A DNA stretch of 43,312 bases, from the IMG/VR virus record IMGVR_UViG_2565956616_000006, positions 1 through 43,312 of that record. One strand, 5' to 3'. Positions 11,805 to 21,678 of this stretch are shown here, piece by piece. Both the position numbers and the translations under genes were made by a program. The notes under the pieces are model-generated. The model was given only the letters and a program-made list of their open reading frames with translations, was not told the origin of the DNA and did not search any database. Every line of letters begins with the position of its first letter. Positions within the stretch are counted from its first letter, which is position 1. The stretch comes from a virus (taxonomy: Duplodnaviria > Heunggongvirae > Uroviricota > Caudoviricetes).

Positions 11805-11850
11805 ATTCGTAATGCGAAGGTCGTAGGTTCGACTCCTATTATCGGCACCA
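11805..11850 (+). tRNA. 3'-terminal 46 nt of tRNA-Thr(CGU) (anticodon loop to CCA); att core, not a complete tRNA gene
   Basis: ATTCGTAATGCGAAGGTCGTAGGTTCGACTCCTATTATCGGCACCA matches the 3' part of enterobacterial thrW as recalled; upstream 30 nt do not match the tRNA 5' half. Confidence 0.75.
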
Positions 11851-11852
11851 TT
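11833..11852 (+). repeat. att direct repeat copy A (CTCCTATTATCGGCACCATT)
   Basis: 18-nt core TCCTATTATCGGCACCAT recurs at 30355-30372 and 42759-42776 in the same orientation. Confidence 0.85.
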
Positions 11853-12015
11853 CAAACATCTCCCCAAGTCTACTAAAGTCTTTCAAAACCCCTTATAATC
11901 CGCGTATTAAAGCCCCGCTCGTCTTTTGACGTCTACTAAAGTCCCTCAAAATCTACGGTCAGATGGGGGTACTTATGGGGGTATTTGCTGTTCGGTTTAG
12001 TGGAGGTACCCCCAA

Positions 12016-13230
12016 GTGAAACTCAATGCCCGTCAAATAGACACAGCCAAGCCAAAAGAGAAGGCTTACAAGCTGGCCGATGGTGGCGGTTTGTATCTCT
12101 TGGTAAAACCTAATGGAGGTAAATACTGGCGACTTAAATATCGTGTAGCTGGTAAAGAGAAGCTATTGGCACTAGGTGTTTATCCTGAGGTTACTCTAGC
12201 CGATGCTCGGGCAAAACGTGAAGATGCGAAAAGAGGTATCGCTGGTGGTATCGATCCGATGGAAGCGAAACGAGAGGAAAAGATTGCCCGGGAAACGCAG
12301 TTAAACAACACCTTCAAAGATATTGCCATTGAGTGGCACAGCAGCAAATTAAAAAAATGGTCTGCTGGTTATGCTTCAGACATCCTCGAAGCCTTCAACA
12401 AAGATGTGTTCCCTTACATTGGCAAAAAACCCATCGCCGAAATCAAACCACTTGAACTTCTGAATGTGCTGCGTCGCATCGAGGGGCGCGGTGCTACAGA
12501 AAAAGCCAAAAAAGTGAGGCAACGGTGCGGGGAAGTTTTCCGCTATGCAATAGTCACTGGTCGCGCAGAGTATAACCCTGCACCAGACCTTACTAGCGCG
12601 ATGCAAGGCCATGAATCTAATCATTACCCTTTCCTTACAGCCAAAGAATTACCTGATTTTTTCAAGGCATTGTCCAGTTACTCAGGAAGCGCATTGGTTG
12701 TTATGGCGGCTCGTCTACTGATTATCACCGGCTTGCGGACTGGCGAACTACGTGGCGCATTATGGGATGAAATTGATTTCAACAAGGCTATCTGGGAGAT
12801 ACCCGCTTCACGTATGAAAATGCGGCGGACTCATATTGTGCCATTGTCTGAGCAGGCTCTTTCGCTTATTGGGAAGATTAGAGAAATAACAGGCAATTAC
12901 CCTCTTATGTTTCCCGGGCGCAATGATCCAAGGAAAACAATGAGCGAGGCCAGCATAAACCAAGTGTTTAAGCGCATTGGCTACGCTGGACGTGTAACTG
13001 GTCATGGGTTCCGGCACACTATGAGTACGATTTTGCATGAGCAGGGCTATAACACCGCGTGGATAGAAACGCAGCTCGCTCACGTTGATAAGAACTCAAT
13101 TCGTGGCACATACAACCATGCGCAATATCTGGATGGAAGGCGGGAGATGCTTCAATGGTATGCCGACTATATGGATTCTCTCGAGCATGGCGGAAATGTG
13201 GTGCATATGGTGTTTGAAAAACACGCATGA
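12016..13230 (+). CDS. int: Tyrosine integrase, P4/CP4-57 (IntA) family
   Basis: 404 aa; N-terminus KPKEKAYKLADGGGLYLLVKPNGGKYWRLKYR typical of P4-like integrase arm-binding domain; C-terminal HGFRHT and Y-containing catalytic motifs; GTG start with GGAGG RBS; immediately downstream of tRNA 3' core. Confidence 0.85.
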   Translation: MKLNARQIDTAKPKEKAYKLADGGGLYLLVKPNGGKYWRLKYRVAGKEKLLALGVYPEVTLADARAKREDAKRGIAGGIDPMEAKREEKIARETQLNNTFKDIAIEWHSSKLKKWSAGYASDILEAFNKDVFPYIGKKPIAEIKPLELLNVLRRIEGRGATEKAKKVRQRCGEVFRYAIVTGRAEYNPAPDLTSAMQGHESNHYPFLTAKELPDFFKALSSYSGSALVVMAARLLIITGLRTGELRGALWDEIDFNKAIWEIPASRMKMRRTHIVPLSEQALSLIGKIREITGNYPLMFPGRNDPRKTMSEASINQVFKRIGYAGRVTGHGFRHTMSTILHEQGYNTAWIETQLAHVDKNSIRGTYNHAQYLDGRREMLQWYADYMDSLEHGGNVVHMVFEKHA

Positions 13231-13373
13231 AACAACTGGACAAGTATACAGAGGTTTACTAAAGTATAGGGGAGTAGATTGATAAAAACTCACAGAGGAT
13301 TGCTATTTAACAGTTAGCCCTGGAGAAGGGCAATCGCTCTTTTATAAACGAAGGTGTATTGAGCCTTCTACGT

Positions 13374-13436
13374 CGCTGACAAAGCGGAATGTTCTTTAAC
13401 AGGCTTTGGCGCTGACAAAGCGCAATTGTTCTTTAA
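13374..13436. repeat. Two ~26-bp direct repeats (CGCTGACAAAGCG.AATGTTCTTTAA) 36 bp apart
   Basis: Seen directly between int and alpA; candidate integrase arm sites or operator. Confidence 0.5.
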
Positions 13437-13658
13437 AACTACTGGATGTCACGCCTAATAGCGTGATCCTGCCGAAATGCAGGGTAGCTCTACCCTTGTG
13501 GAGCAAACAAACCAAAACAATCTGACTATCTTTTATAAAAGACCGCAATATGTTTTTCATATTGTGGTCTTTGGCGTATTCGACATTTGACGCAAATAAA
13601 ACTCTCGCCATTCGTTGCAGGAGGGAGTTATTGCGTCATTAGTACAGGATATTAATAA

Positions 13659-13862
13659 ATGGCTAATTACAATTCATTAATTCGTCTCTCTGAAGTTCAA
13701 AGGCGAACTGGTTATAGCAAAGCATGGATTTATCGTCTTATTAGTCAGGGGAGGTTCCCTAAACAGGTAAAAATTGGAAGTCGGGCAATTGCTTTTGTTG
13801 AGTCTGAAATAGATGAATGGATTGAGAAGTGTATATTAGAATCTAGAGACGAGGTGGCCTGA
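13659..13862 (+). CDS. alpA: AlpA-family DNA-binding protein (excisionase/regulator-like)
   Basis: 67 aa; LIRLSEVQRRTGYSKAWIYRLISQGRFPKQVKIGSRAIAFVESEIDEWI resembles the AlpA/prophage CP4-57 regulatory protein HTH. Confidence 0.75.
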   Translation: MANYNSLIRLSEVQRRTGYSKAWIYRLISQGRFPKQVKIGSRAIAFVESEIDEWIEKCILESRDEVA

Positions 13863-14293
13863 TGGAAAAGAAAAACCGCCCATTACAGGCGGCTAATTCA
13901 GATATTCGTGTATCTGATGTTACGCCCCTTACAAAATCCCTTCAAGCACCAAAGCGCACACCGAAAAAGCATCGTGCCAGAGTCTATATGCTGCGTACTG
14001 GTATAGAGGGATGGACAGAAAATGACATTCTTCGCTACTGCCGTCTGTCTTCTGGTCGTAACTATGCAACAGAGTTAGAACGCCAGCTTGGAATCACTCT
14101 GGAGCGTATCGACGAAAAGAATCCTGATGGTATCGGAACACACCTTCGCTACCGTTTCTCCTGCCGTGGTGATGTTCTGAAAGTGATCACTCATATTAAC
14201 CATCTTGCGAACATAAATGATCACAACGGACTTTCTCAGCAGGAAATTGCCGACATTCTGAAACTCTACCCGGACGCGTTTAACGCCGCCTAA
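13862..14293 (+). CDS. Hypothetical protein (143 aa)
   Basis: ORF translationally coupled to alpA. Confidence 0.5.
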   Translation: MEKKNRPLQAANSDIRVSDVTPLTKSLQAPKRTPKKHRARVYMLRTGIEGWTENDILRYCRLSSGRNYATELERQLGITLERIDEKNPDGIGTHLRYRFSCRGDVLKVITHINHLANINDHNGLSQQEIADILKLYPDAFNAA

Positions 14294-14305
14294 CGGAGAC
14301 TGAAA

Positions 14306-15139
14306 ATGAACATCGAAAAAAGCAGATTAATTTCTGAGGCCGCCCCTCATCTGAACGCCTCTCTGGGCACAATTAACGGTAATGAATTTGCCGCAATTGT
14401 CCCGGTTATTCCTGGTCATATCGGTGGGCGTGAAACCAATATTGTTAGCGCAAAAGCGTTACACAAAGCGTTGGGCGTGGGAAAAGACTTCTCTACATGG
14501 ATCACTGATCGCATCTCTGAATATGACTTCACCATTGGGCACGATTACTCAGTCCATAAAACAATTTCCCCAAATTTGGGGAAAAGCCCGAATGGCGCGG
14601 CTTACAGCAAGATAAAGCACTCTGGCAGACCCGGCAAAGACTATCTGTTAAGTGTCGGAATGGCGAAAGAACTGGCAATGATCGAACGCAATGATCAGGG
14701 TCGCGCTATCCGCCGTTATTTCATCCAGTGCGAGGAAGAATTACAGCGTAGCGTGCCTGAAATCGCCGCCCGCTATCGTCGCCAGCTAAAAGCCCGTCTC
14801 AGTGCCGCAAACAACTTTAAGCCAATGTGCGATGCGCTGAATATGGCCCGTGCCGAGATGGGTAAAACGACGCAGCAACACCACTACACAAACGAGAGCA
14901 ATATGATTTCTCGTATCGTTCTTGGTGGGCTAACTGCTAAGCAGTGGGCGCGGATAAATGGCTATTCTGGCGAACCTCGCGACCATATGAACGCAGAACA
15001 GCTTGAGCACCTCTCATATCTCGAAAGCACCAATATCACGTTAATTGATATGGGCATGGAATATGAGCAGCGCAAAGGAGAACTCACCCGCCTGTCGCAA
15101 CGCTGGCTCGCCAAGCGTCTGGAGGTGGTCAATGTCTAA
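14306..15139 (+). CDS. Hypothetical protein, possibly antirepressor-like (KilAC-type C-terminal motif)
   Basis: 277 aa; segment DYLLSVGMAKELAMIERNDQGRAIRRYFIQCEEE resembles phage antirepressor/KilAC domains (weak, from memory). Confidence 0.45.
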   Translation: MNIEKSRLISEAAPHLNASLGTINGNEFAAIVPVIPGHIGGRETNIVSAKALHKALGVGKDFSTWITDRISEYDFTIGHDYSVHKTISPNLGKSPNGAAYSKIKHSGRPGKDYLLSVGMAKELAMIERNDQGRAIRRYFIQCEEELQRSVPEIAARYRRQLKARLSAANNFKPMCDALNMARAEMGKTTQQHHYTNESNMISRIVLGGLTAKQWARINGYSGEPRDHMNAEQLEHLSYLESTNITLIDMGMEYEQRKGELTRLSQRWLAKRLEVVNV

Positions 15140-15314
15140 GCCAACAGGAACACCACAACCACAAAAACGCTACAAAGATGCCCACGGAGCACTCGTTACT
15201 GTCGAAAGCGTGTCTCACAACCGAGTGACGTTTTATCGCGACGGGTATCAATCGCCATGCGTACAACCGCTGGCGCGTTTCATGAAGGAGTTCGCGGAGG
15301 TTAACAAATGCTAA
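15132..15314 (+). CDS. Small hypothetical protein (60 aa)
   Basis: ATG at 15132 with GGAGGTGG RBS; inside longer ORF 15045-15314. Confidence 0.4.
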   Translation: MSKPTGTPQPQKRYKDAHGALVTVESVSHNRVTFYRDGYQSPCVQPLARFMKEFAEVNKC

Positions 15315-16375
15315 CCGTCCAGAAGAAGACATTTTCACTGGCTGGTATGTCGCCAAAATCCAGCAATATGACGGCAAAGTCAGGCATTAATACCGCAGAT
15401 ACAAGCAAAGTTTATCATTTGCTGGTGGTCGGAACGGATGCCTTAACCATATCAGAAATCTCGGGCGATGATATTAGCATTGAGAAGGTCAGCGGCTGCG
15501 CCAGAAAATTTCTGGTCGTAGATGATGTCTTCCGCTCGTGTAGTGACTCCACAAAAACATTCGTCCACGCGCGTGACGTTAACGAAATGAGCGCGATGTA
15601 CTGTGCATCTGGTGCTTCCAATAGCGAGTTTTCGGAGTCCATAAAAAAGAGCTTGCCGTTATGCGGCAACACGGTTTATGGTTATAAGGCACCTCATAAA
15701 ACGGGTGCCGGGATTGGCGTCCTGGTAAATCGAATGGCGACATATGACGCGCCGAGCGTCTTTTTTTATGTCGTAGGTCTGACTCACCCATTTTTTGGGC
15801 GTTGGTGTATAATCCAGCGCCTTTGTCAATCAATGGTGGCTCAGGCAGGGGCTTCTTCGGAAGCGCCGGTATCCATTCGAGCCGGTTACGCCAACCCTGT
15901 CTGGGCTACCACCAGCGAAATTGGCGTTTCCGGTGGTAGCGTTACATGCTATCGAATGGAGGCTGCCACATGCTGGCTACTACCCCTACCCAAAAACCGC
16001 AATTTATCTGGATTATCGCCGCAGTTCGCCGCGATTGCCCGACAATTACCGCCAAAATTCATCATATTGCTGCCGAGTCTGAACGCGATGCTCGCCGTTC
16101 TCTGGTGCGCGATCACGTCTGCTTTTTTGCTGGTCGTATCCGCATGGAGGTGGCTCATGATTAAAACCTACGATGTGCATATGGATCCCCTCGAACGCAC
16201 AAGCCAGATCATCACACTGACAGAAGTGATTAACGACATTCTGGTGAGCAACTCTCCCTCACGAGACGAAAGACTGAAGGCGTTACTCGCGATATTGGAT
16301 CTCGCCGTTCGTGACGTTCATTTCCTGCTGGAAGGTGGCGAAATGCCAGGAAAAACGGGGGCAACCAATGAATAA
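15308..16375 (+). CDS. Hypothetical ORF (355 aa); gene model uncertain
   Basis: ATG with GGAGG RBS 9 nt upstream, but low-complexity translation; internal RBS-supported starts at 15970 (other frame, 64 aa, ends 16164) and 16157 (same frame, 72 aa) suggest several small genes may occupy this interval. Confidence 0.3.
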   Translation: MLTVQKKTFSLAGMSPKSSNMTAKSGINTADTSKVYHLLVVGTDALTISEISGDDISIEKVSGCARKFLVVDDVFRSCSDSTKTFVHARDVNEMSAMYCASGASNSEFSESIKKSLPLCGNTVYGYKAPHKTGAGIGVLVNRMATYDAPSVFFYVVGLTHPFFGRWCIIQRLCQSMVAQAGASSEAPVSIRAGYANPVWATTSEIGVSGGSVTCYRMEAATCWLLPLPKNRNLSGLSPQFAAIARQLPPKFIILLPSLNAMLAVLWCAITSAFLLVVSAWRWLMIKTYDVHMDPLERTSQIITLTEVINDILVSNSPSRDERLKALLAILDLAVRDVHFLLEGGEMPGKTGATNE

Positions 16376-16562
16376 CTCAATTAATACCCCTCGCCTTACG
16401 TCCGCACTTCAATTAATCGAGCAAGCAGCGGCTGTCCTGGTTGCTGTCAGTCTTTCGGCTGAAGAAATGGACGCTGCTGATGTCGTGGATGCGATTAAAG
16501 CGTGCTCATCTTTGGTTAACGATGCCCGTGCCGAGCTGGTAATTCTTGGGGGTGAAAAATGA
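16368..16562 (+). CDS. Small hypothetical protein
   Basis: ATG start MNNSINTPR within ORF 16311-16562. Confidence 0.4.
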   Translation: MNNSINTPRLTSALQLIEQAAAVLVAVSLSAEEMDAADVVDAIKACSSLVNDARAELVILGGEK

Positions 16563-16822
16563 ATATCAACTTAATTTATCGTCATCCGTGTGAGCTGGAA
16601 ATTGAATCATTGCTGGGGCGTGAAGAGCCATATCCAGACACATTCACTCCCGCAGATTGCGCGACTGAACGGCTTACCAGAGCGCGCACAGGTCTGGTTC
16701 ATGTGATGAATGAGATTGTTCCCTCGGTGGGAGGGGAACAGGCGACAGTAATCAATAGCTGGCTACAAAAAGTTACCTCCCTGATAGATATCGGTTTAAT
16801 CGATGTGGAGAGTGCGAAATGA
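16559..16822 (+). CDS. Hypothetical protein (87 aa)
   Basis: ORF with overlapping stop/start coupling to neighbours. Confidence 0.45.
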   Translation: MNINLIYRHPCELEIESLLGREEPYPDTFTPADCATERLTRARTGLVHVMNEIVPSVGGEQATVINSWLQKVTSLIDIGLIDVESAK

Positions 16823-17040
16823 CCAACATCCAGCTCATTGAAGCGCAATGTCGCATCGAACAGGTTCAGACTGTTTTAGGGTTCTGGCTTGAAGGGGCCA
16901 GCCCCAGCAACAGAGACAAGTTAATGATTGGCGCGGTTATGTCACTGCTTAATGGCGTACCAGAAGCTATTCAGGAAGCGGACGAATTGTTGGGCAAATA
17001 TGAGTTACAGAATCATTCAGGCGAGGCGAAACATGAATAA
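16819..17040 (+). CDS. Hypothetical protein (73 aa)
   Basis: ORF, translationally coupled. Confidence 0.45.
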   Translation: MTNIQLIEAQCRIEQVQTVLGFWLEGASPSNRDKLMIGAVMSLLNGVPEAIQEADELLGKYELQNHSGEAKHE

Positions 17041-17635
17041 TTTCTTAACTTTCCATGCAGAAGCAACGCCTGACGGCGTAAACATCATGTACCGCAGCAA
17101 CGATGGCATGACAGAACGCGTTGAGGCCATCTCATATATTGATGCCGTAAATCGTCTGGATGCCGGGGATTATGACGATAAACCAGATGAAGGTATGTCA
17201 ATACATCTCGCTATTGCCGATGGCGGCAACCAGGGATATTTCGATTACACATCACAGCATAACGTCATTATGTGGAGATGGCTGATCGCAACAGTATTCA
17301 TGCTGGAAATGAGAGAGGAAAACGGCACTGTCAGCATCATTGATGATACTGGCAATCCTTCCGAAGTGGCTGTTTATTCCAACGGCATCGTCGCCATGCC
17401 GCTGTATCCAGTAGCAGAGCGCCTCGCTATGGCAAACAACATTGAGGGCGCGATGATAGAACGTTTTGGCATCGAGTCTGGCACAGAACGCGCCATCATT
17501 TTCTACAGAGCCATGATGGATGTGGAACAAGGAGCACTGACTCCATTTGGTCGTGAAACGCTTGCTGAACTTCACAACAGCTTTATAGCTGAACTGAATG
17601 AAAACGGCATGCCAGCGGAACCAGTGACGCACTGA
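17033..17635 (+). CDS. Hypothetical protein (200 aa)
   Basis: ATG at 17033 (MNNFLTFHAEA) within ORF 16928-17635. Confidence 0.5.
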   Translation: MNNFLTFHAEATPDGVNIMYRSNDGMTERVEAISYIDAVNRLDAGDYDDKPDEGMSIHLAIADGGNQGYFDYTSQHNVIMWRWLIATVFMLEMREENGTVSIIDDTGNPSEVAVYSNGIVAMPLYPVAERLAMANNIEGAMIERFGIESGTERAIIFYRAMMDVEQGALTPFGRETLAELHNSFIAELNENGMPAEPVTH

Positions 17636-17645
17636 GGATGGAGCC

Positions 17646-17987
17646 ATGATTACTAAAAATTTCCGACTGAATGCGCTGGCAAATAAGTATGCGTCGGCAC
17701 TGTATAACCACATTACCTCCACCAGCGGCGGGGACTATTTCATGGTTGATGCGGACGGCGAGGCCGTCCGTGTGGAAATCGTCAATGGAGTAAAAGGCGT
17801 TCGCAGCCTGATCGATAGCTACACACTGGCAGCCATGAAAGTGTTCTACCCGCAGTGGGAAACCGTGGGGATCGAGCTTCTTGAACGTTGCGTCACTAAG
17901 GACGGATTGACTGACGTCGGGCGTGAGATATGGCAAAGCATGGTTAATGACATGGGCGCAACTGTAGCGGGAGGTTCTCATGCGTGA
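17646..17987 (+). CDS. Hypothetical protein (113 aa)
   Basis: ORF in co-directional small-gene cluster upstream of primase. Confidence 0.5.
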   Translation: MITKNFRLNALANKYASALYNHITSTSGGDYFMVDADGEAVRVEIVNGVKGVRSLIDSYTLAAMKVFYPQWETVGIELLERCVTKDGLTDVGREIWQSMVNDMGATVAGGSHA

Positions 17988-18351
17988 AAATGCAGAAATG
18001 GCGCTTAGCTCAGCAATCGGAGAGCAGGTGGCAAAGATTGCTGGTGCTGTGTGGATTCATAACCTTCATTCTACTGGTGAAGAGAAAATGGTAATTCAGA
18101 CGCCAGAGGGACGCACCATTACTACATCTCTGAAGCCGTCAGATGTTTGTGATCTGATTTGCGCATTCATGTACCCAGCAATGAGGACTGTCCACGGCGA
18201 TAAGTGGAAACTTGCGACAACCGCTGAATTTGATATGTGGCTAAACAATGATGGCATGCTGACTGATTACGGAATAACCAAGTGGCAGATGCTGGTTAGC
18301 CATATCGCAAACGCTATAGACCACGTGGGGTACGGTGATGCGAAACATTGA
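17980..18351 (+). CDS. Hypothetical protein (123 aa)
   Basis: ORF overlapping neighbours by a few nt. Confidence 0.5.
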   Translation: MRENAEMALSSAIGEQVAKIAGAVWIHNLHSTGEEKMVIQTPEGRTITTSLKPSDVCDLICAFMYPAMRTVHGDKWKLATTAEFDMWLNNDGMLTDYGITKWQMLVSHIANAIDHVGYGDAKH

Positions 18352-21094
18352 TCTTATCCGTCAGGTTATCAGTGCGTCTGAAAACAACTGGCCTCATGTG
18401 CTGGGCTGCCTGAACATAAATGTCCCTGACTCTCCGCGCCGTCATGCTCCCTGCCCTGCATGTGGGGGCAAAGATCGATTCCGGTTCGATGACAACGGGC
18501 GCGGTAGCTTCATCTGTAATCAGTGCGGCGCTGGTGATGGGCTGGATTTAATTAAACGCGTAAATAACTGCGACACAACAGAGGCGGCGCTTCTTGCCGC
18601 TGATGTTCTGGGTATTGATTACCGGACAACGGAAACACCAGAAGCCACCAGCCAGAAACGGGAACAACTGGAAACCGAGCGCCAGCGACGCGAACAGGAG
18701 CGCCTGAAAAGGGCAGAGAAGGACGAACAACAAAGACGGGATACGTTTTCCCGTCAGTTTGATGACATGCGCAGAAAGGCTGTAAACGGCAAATCTGATT
18801 ATCTGGTTGCGAAAGGGGTAGGTGATTTTACATTCCCCGTGTTGCCCGATGGATCTCTGTTGCTGGCGCTGGTGGATAAATCCGGCGCAGTAACAGCAGC
18901 ACAGACTATTACCTCACATGGTGAAAAAAGACTCCTGACAGGTTCAGCAAAGCGGGGGGCATATCACGCCATAAACGCACCAGAAACAACACAGAGCATC
19001 TTAATCGCAGAAGGTCTGGCAACGGCATTATCTGCCCATTTAATTCGTCCAGAGGCGCTGACAGTGGCGGCGATTGATGCCGGGAACCTGTTATATGTCG
19101 CCCAGGTACTGCGGGATAAATTTCCTTCAGCACAAATCATCATTGCTGCGGATAACGACCACAGCGAAGGAAGACAAAACACGGGGAGAATAGCAGCAGA
19201 AAAAGCAGCTTTATCTGTTTCTGGATGGGTGGCATTACCCCCGACAGATCACAAAGCAGACTGGAATGATTACCACCAAAAACACGGCATTAAATGCGCC
19301 ACAGAAGCGTTCAATAAGTCAATGTACCAACCACAGGGTAATGGCGTGAAACAGGAGCCACAGACCATTGAGGGAAGCGATTTTAAGGTTATGGATACCG
19401 ACCCACTGAAACCAAGAATAGAAAGCCGCGAGGATGGTATTTATTGGGTATCTCCGAGAGCTGACAGCCAGAGTGGAGAAATCATCAATAACGAAAGCTG
19501 GTTATGTTCTCCGTTAAGCGTTATCGGTACTGGCAGAGACGATAAAGACCAGTATCTCATTCTTCGCTGGCTGTCGTTTGGTTCTGAAACGCCGACAACC
19601 GCTGCCATTCCACTGGCTGATATTGGTGAACGTGAAGGATGGCGCACACTTAAAGCTGGTGGGGTAAATGTCACGACCAAAAGCAGCCTCAGAGCAATAC
19701 TGGCAGACTGGCTACAACGCAGTGGCTCTCGTGAATTGTGGCGTGTTGCTCATGCCACTGGCTGGCAATGCGGAGCGTACATCATGCCTGATGGGGAAAT
19801 CATCGGAACACCTGAAAATCCTGTGCTGTTCAGCGGGAGAAGCTCAGCCGCAGCCGGATATACCGTCTCAGGGAGCGCGAAAAGCTGGCGTGATAACGTG
19901 GCGCGTCTGGCCTTTGGTAACTATTCAATGATGACCGGGATCGGCGCAGCACTGGCAGCGCCATTGATTGGGCTGGTGGGCGCTGACGGGTTCGGCATTC
20001 ATTTCTATGAGCAGTCGAGCGCAGGTAAGACCACCACGGCAAACGTGGCGAGCAGCTTATACGGCAACCCTGATTTACTGCGGCTGACGTGGTACGGAAC
20101 CGCGCTGGGGCTGGCAAATGAGGCCGCCGCCCACAATGACGGACTAATGCCGCTTGATGAAGTTGGTCAGGGCGCTGATCCTGTCAGCGTTTCACAGTCT
20201 GCCTATGCGTTATTTAACGGTGTAGGGAAACTGCAAGGCGCTAAAGATGGTGGAAACCGGGATCTAAAACGCTGGCGTACAGTGGCAATCAGCACCGGAG
20301 AAATGGATTTAGAAACATTTATCGCTACTTCCGGGCGAAAAACCAAAGCCGGGCAACTGGTGCGACTGCTGAATATTCCGTTGAGTAAAGCAGTACGCTT
20401 TCACGATTACCAGAACGGAAAACAGCACGCAGACGCACTGAAAGACGCTTACCAGCATCACCACGGCGCGTCCGGGCGTGAGTGGATTAAATGGCTGGCA
20501 CACCACCAGCAACAGGCTATTAAAACCGTTCGTGATTGCGAAAGCAGATGGAGAAGCCTGATCCCATCCGATTATGGTGAGCAGGTTCACCGTGTAGCCG
20601 CGCGATTTGCCATTCTAGAGGCCGCATTGTTGTTAGGCGAGGTTGTAACAGGCTGGGATGCTCAGACATGCCGTGATGCGATACAGCACAGCTATAACGC
20701 ATGGTTGCGCGAGTTCGGCACAGGTAACAAAGAGCATCAGCAGATTATTGAACAAACGGAGGCATTTCTTAATGCCTATGGGCTTAGCCGTTTTGCACCA
20801 TTTCCATACAGCCCGGCAGATTTGCCCATCAAAGATTTAGCCGGATACCGTCAGCGTGGAGAACATGACGAAAGCCCAATGATTTTCTACACATTCCCGG
20901 CCACATTTGAAAAGGAGATCGCATGTGGTTTCAACGCAAAACAGTTTGCTGAAGTGTTGAAAAAAGCCGGGATGCTAACCCCACCAAACAGCGGTCGTGG
21001 ATACCAAAGAAAATCACCACGTATTCAGGGACGACAAATAAACGTTTATGTACTCAATTACCAGCCAGGAGATTATAACTCATCTGAAGAATGA
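18335..21094 (+). CDS. Primase-helicase (P4 alpha-like: zinc-ribbon + TOPRIM primase + P-loop helicase domain)
   Basis: 919 aa; CPACGGKDRFRFDD...CNQCG zinc-binding motif, TOPRIM-like ILIAEGLATA and IIIAADNDH, Walker A-like SSAGKTT; followed by iteron cluster. Confidence 0.85.
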   Translation: MMRNIDLIRQVISASENNWPHVLGCLNINVPDSPRRHAPCPACGGKDRFRFDDNGRGSFICNQCGAGDGLDLIKRVNNCDTTEAALLAADVLGIDYRTTETPEATSQKREQLETERQRREQERLKRAEKDEQQRRDTFSRQFDDMRRKAVNGKSDYLVAKGVGDFTFPVLPDGSLLLALVDKSGAVTAAQTITSHGEKRLLTGSAKRGAYHAINAPETTQSILIAEGLATALSAHLIRPEALTVAAIDAGNLLYVAQVLRDKFPSAQIIIAADNDHSEGRQNTGRIAAEKAALSVSGWVALPPTDHKADWNDYHQKHGIKCATEAFNKSMYQPQGNGVKQEPQTIEGSDFKVMDTDPLKPRIESREDGIYWVSPRADSQSGEIINNESWLCSPLSVIGTGRDDKDQYLILRWLSFGSETPTTAAIPLADIGEREGWRTLKAGGVNVTTKSSLRAILADWLQRSGSRELWRVAHATGWQCGAYIMPDGEIIGTPENPVLFSGRSSAAAGYTVSGSAKSWRDNVARLAFGNYSMMTGIGAALAAPLIGLVGADGFGIHFYEQSSAGKTTTANVASSLYGNPDLLRLTWYGTALGLANEAAAHNDGLMPLDEVGQGADPVSVSQSAYALFNGVGKLQGAKDGGNRDLKRWRTVAISTGEMDLETFIATSGRKTKAGQLVRLLNIPLSKAVRFHDYQNGKQHADALKDAYQHHHGASGREWIKWLAHHQQQAIKTVRDCESRWRSLIPSDYGEQVHRVAARFAILEAALLLGEVVTGWDAQTCRDAIQHSYNAWLREFGTGNKEHQQIIEQTEAFLNAYGLSRFAPFPYSPADLPIKDLAGYRQRGEHDESPMIFYTFPATFEKEIACGFNAKQFAEVLKKAGMLTPPNSGRGYQRKSPRIQGRQINVYVLNYQPGDYNSSEE

Positions 21095-21112
21095 GCTTCT
21101 TCATGTGCGTAG

Positions 21113-21233
21113 AAAAGGTGTTGGTTCAGTTGGTTCAGTTGGTTCAATTTGTAAAGTGTATTGTTTTATAAGGATTTTATTCTTTTTATTGAACCAACAC
21201 TGAACCAACAACACGGTATTTTGAACCAACACA
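21113..21233. repeat. ori-like iteron cluster 1: 3x TTGGTTCA(G) direct, AT-rich spacer, 3x TGAACCAAC inverted
   Basis: Seen directly, immediately downstream of primase-helicase stop. Confidence 0.7.
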
Positions 21234-21280
21234 ATGTGACTGAATTGATGCGCACAACACCTGGCTGGCATCAGAGAGTG

Positions 21281-21356
21281 TTTTACGAGACTTTCGTAAA
21301 ATCCTGTGTACAAGGGCGTGACGTTTTTGAAAGTGAGCACTACGAAATTTTCGTAG
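21281..21356. promoter_or_regulatory. Two related palindromes (TTTTACGA-gactt-TCGTAAAA and CTACGAAA-t-TTTCGTAG), candidate operators
   Basis: Perfect 8-bp-arm inverted repeats about 60 bp apart in a non-coding stretch. Confidence 0.4.
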
Positions 21357-21551
21357 TTCAAAAAACAGCCTCTGAGAAGTTGTTATGCCTGTTCAGCAAA
21401 CCATCCGCATAGCTGATCGCGAATCAAATTACCAATGGAGCCAGAAGCAAGGGCAGAACTGAAAAGCGCCTGCCGTGAAGAGTAATGCGACACCATAAAT
21501 ATAGTTTTTAGAGTCCATAAAAAACCTGTCAAAACCTGACACACAGAACGA

Positions 21552-21583
21552 TGCCACCAGCTACTGAGCGGTGGCATTTTTTT
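21552..21583 (+). terminator. Rho-independent terminator
   Basis: TGCCACC-11 nt loop-GGTGGCA stem followed by T7; closes a ~330-nt ORF-poor stretch downstream of ori 1. Confidence 0.65.
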
Positions 21584-21678
21584 GTGCTATTTGTTTCATA
21601 TTTTGCAATTACTATGATGAATATTGCGATTTGTGAAACTATAATAACTGTTGTTTTATACAGTTCTAAGGGGGCGTT

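Larger units (their letters stand above)
1..11850. mobile_element. Right arm of a P22-like prophage (late/immI/tailspike region ending at att core); left boundary outside window
   Basis: Gene order gp4-gp10-gp26-gp14-gp7-gp20-gp16-morons-mnt-arc-ant-tailspike-att, as in P22. Confidence 0.85.

Noticed and set aside
11775-11850. Complete tRNA-Thr gene
   Set aside because: Only the 3' 46 nt match the tRNA; the expected 5' half is replaced by phage sequence.
17252-17981. Two minus-strand ORFs (156 and 132 aa)
   Set aside because: Antisense to the RBS-supported co-directional small-gene cluster upstream of the primase.
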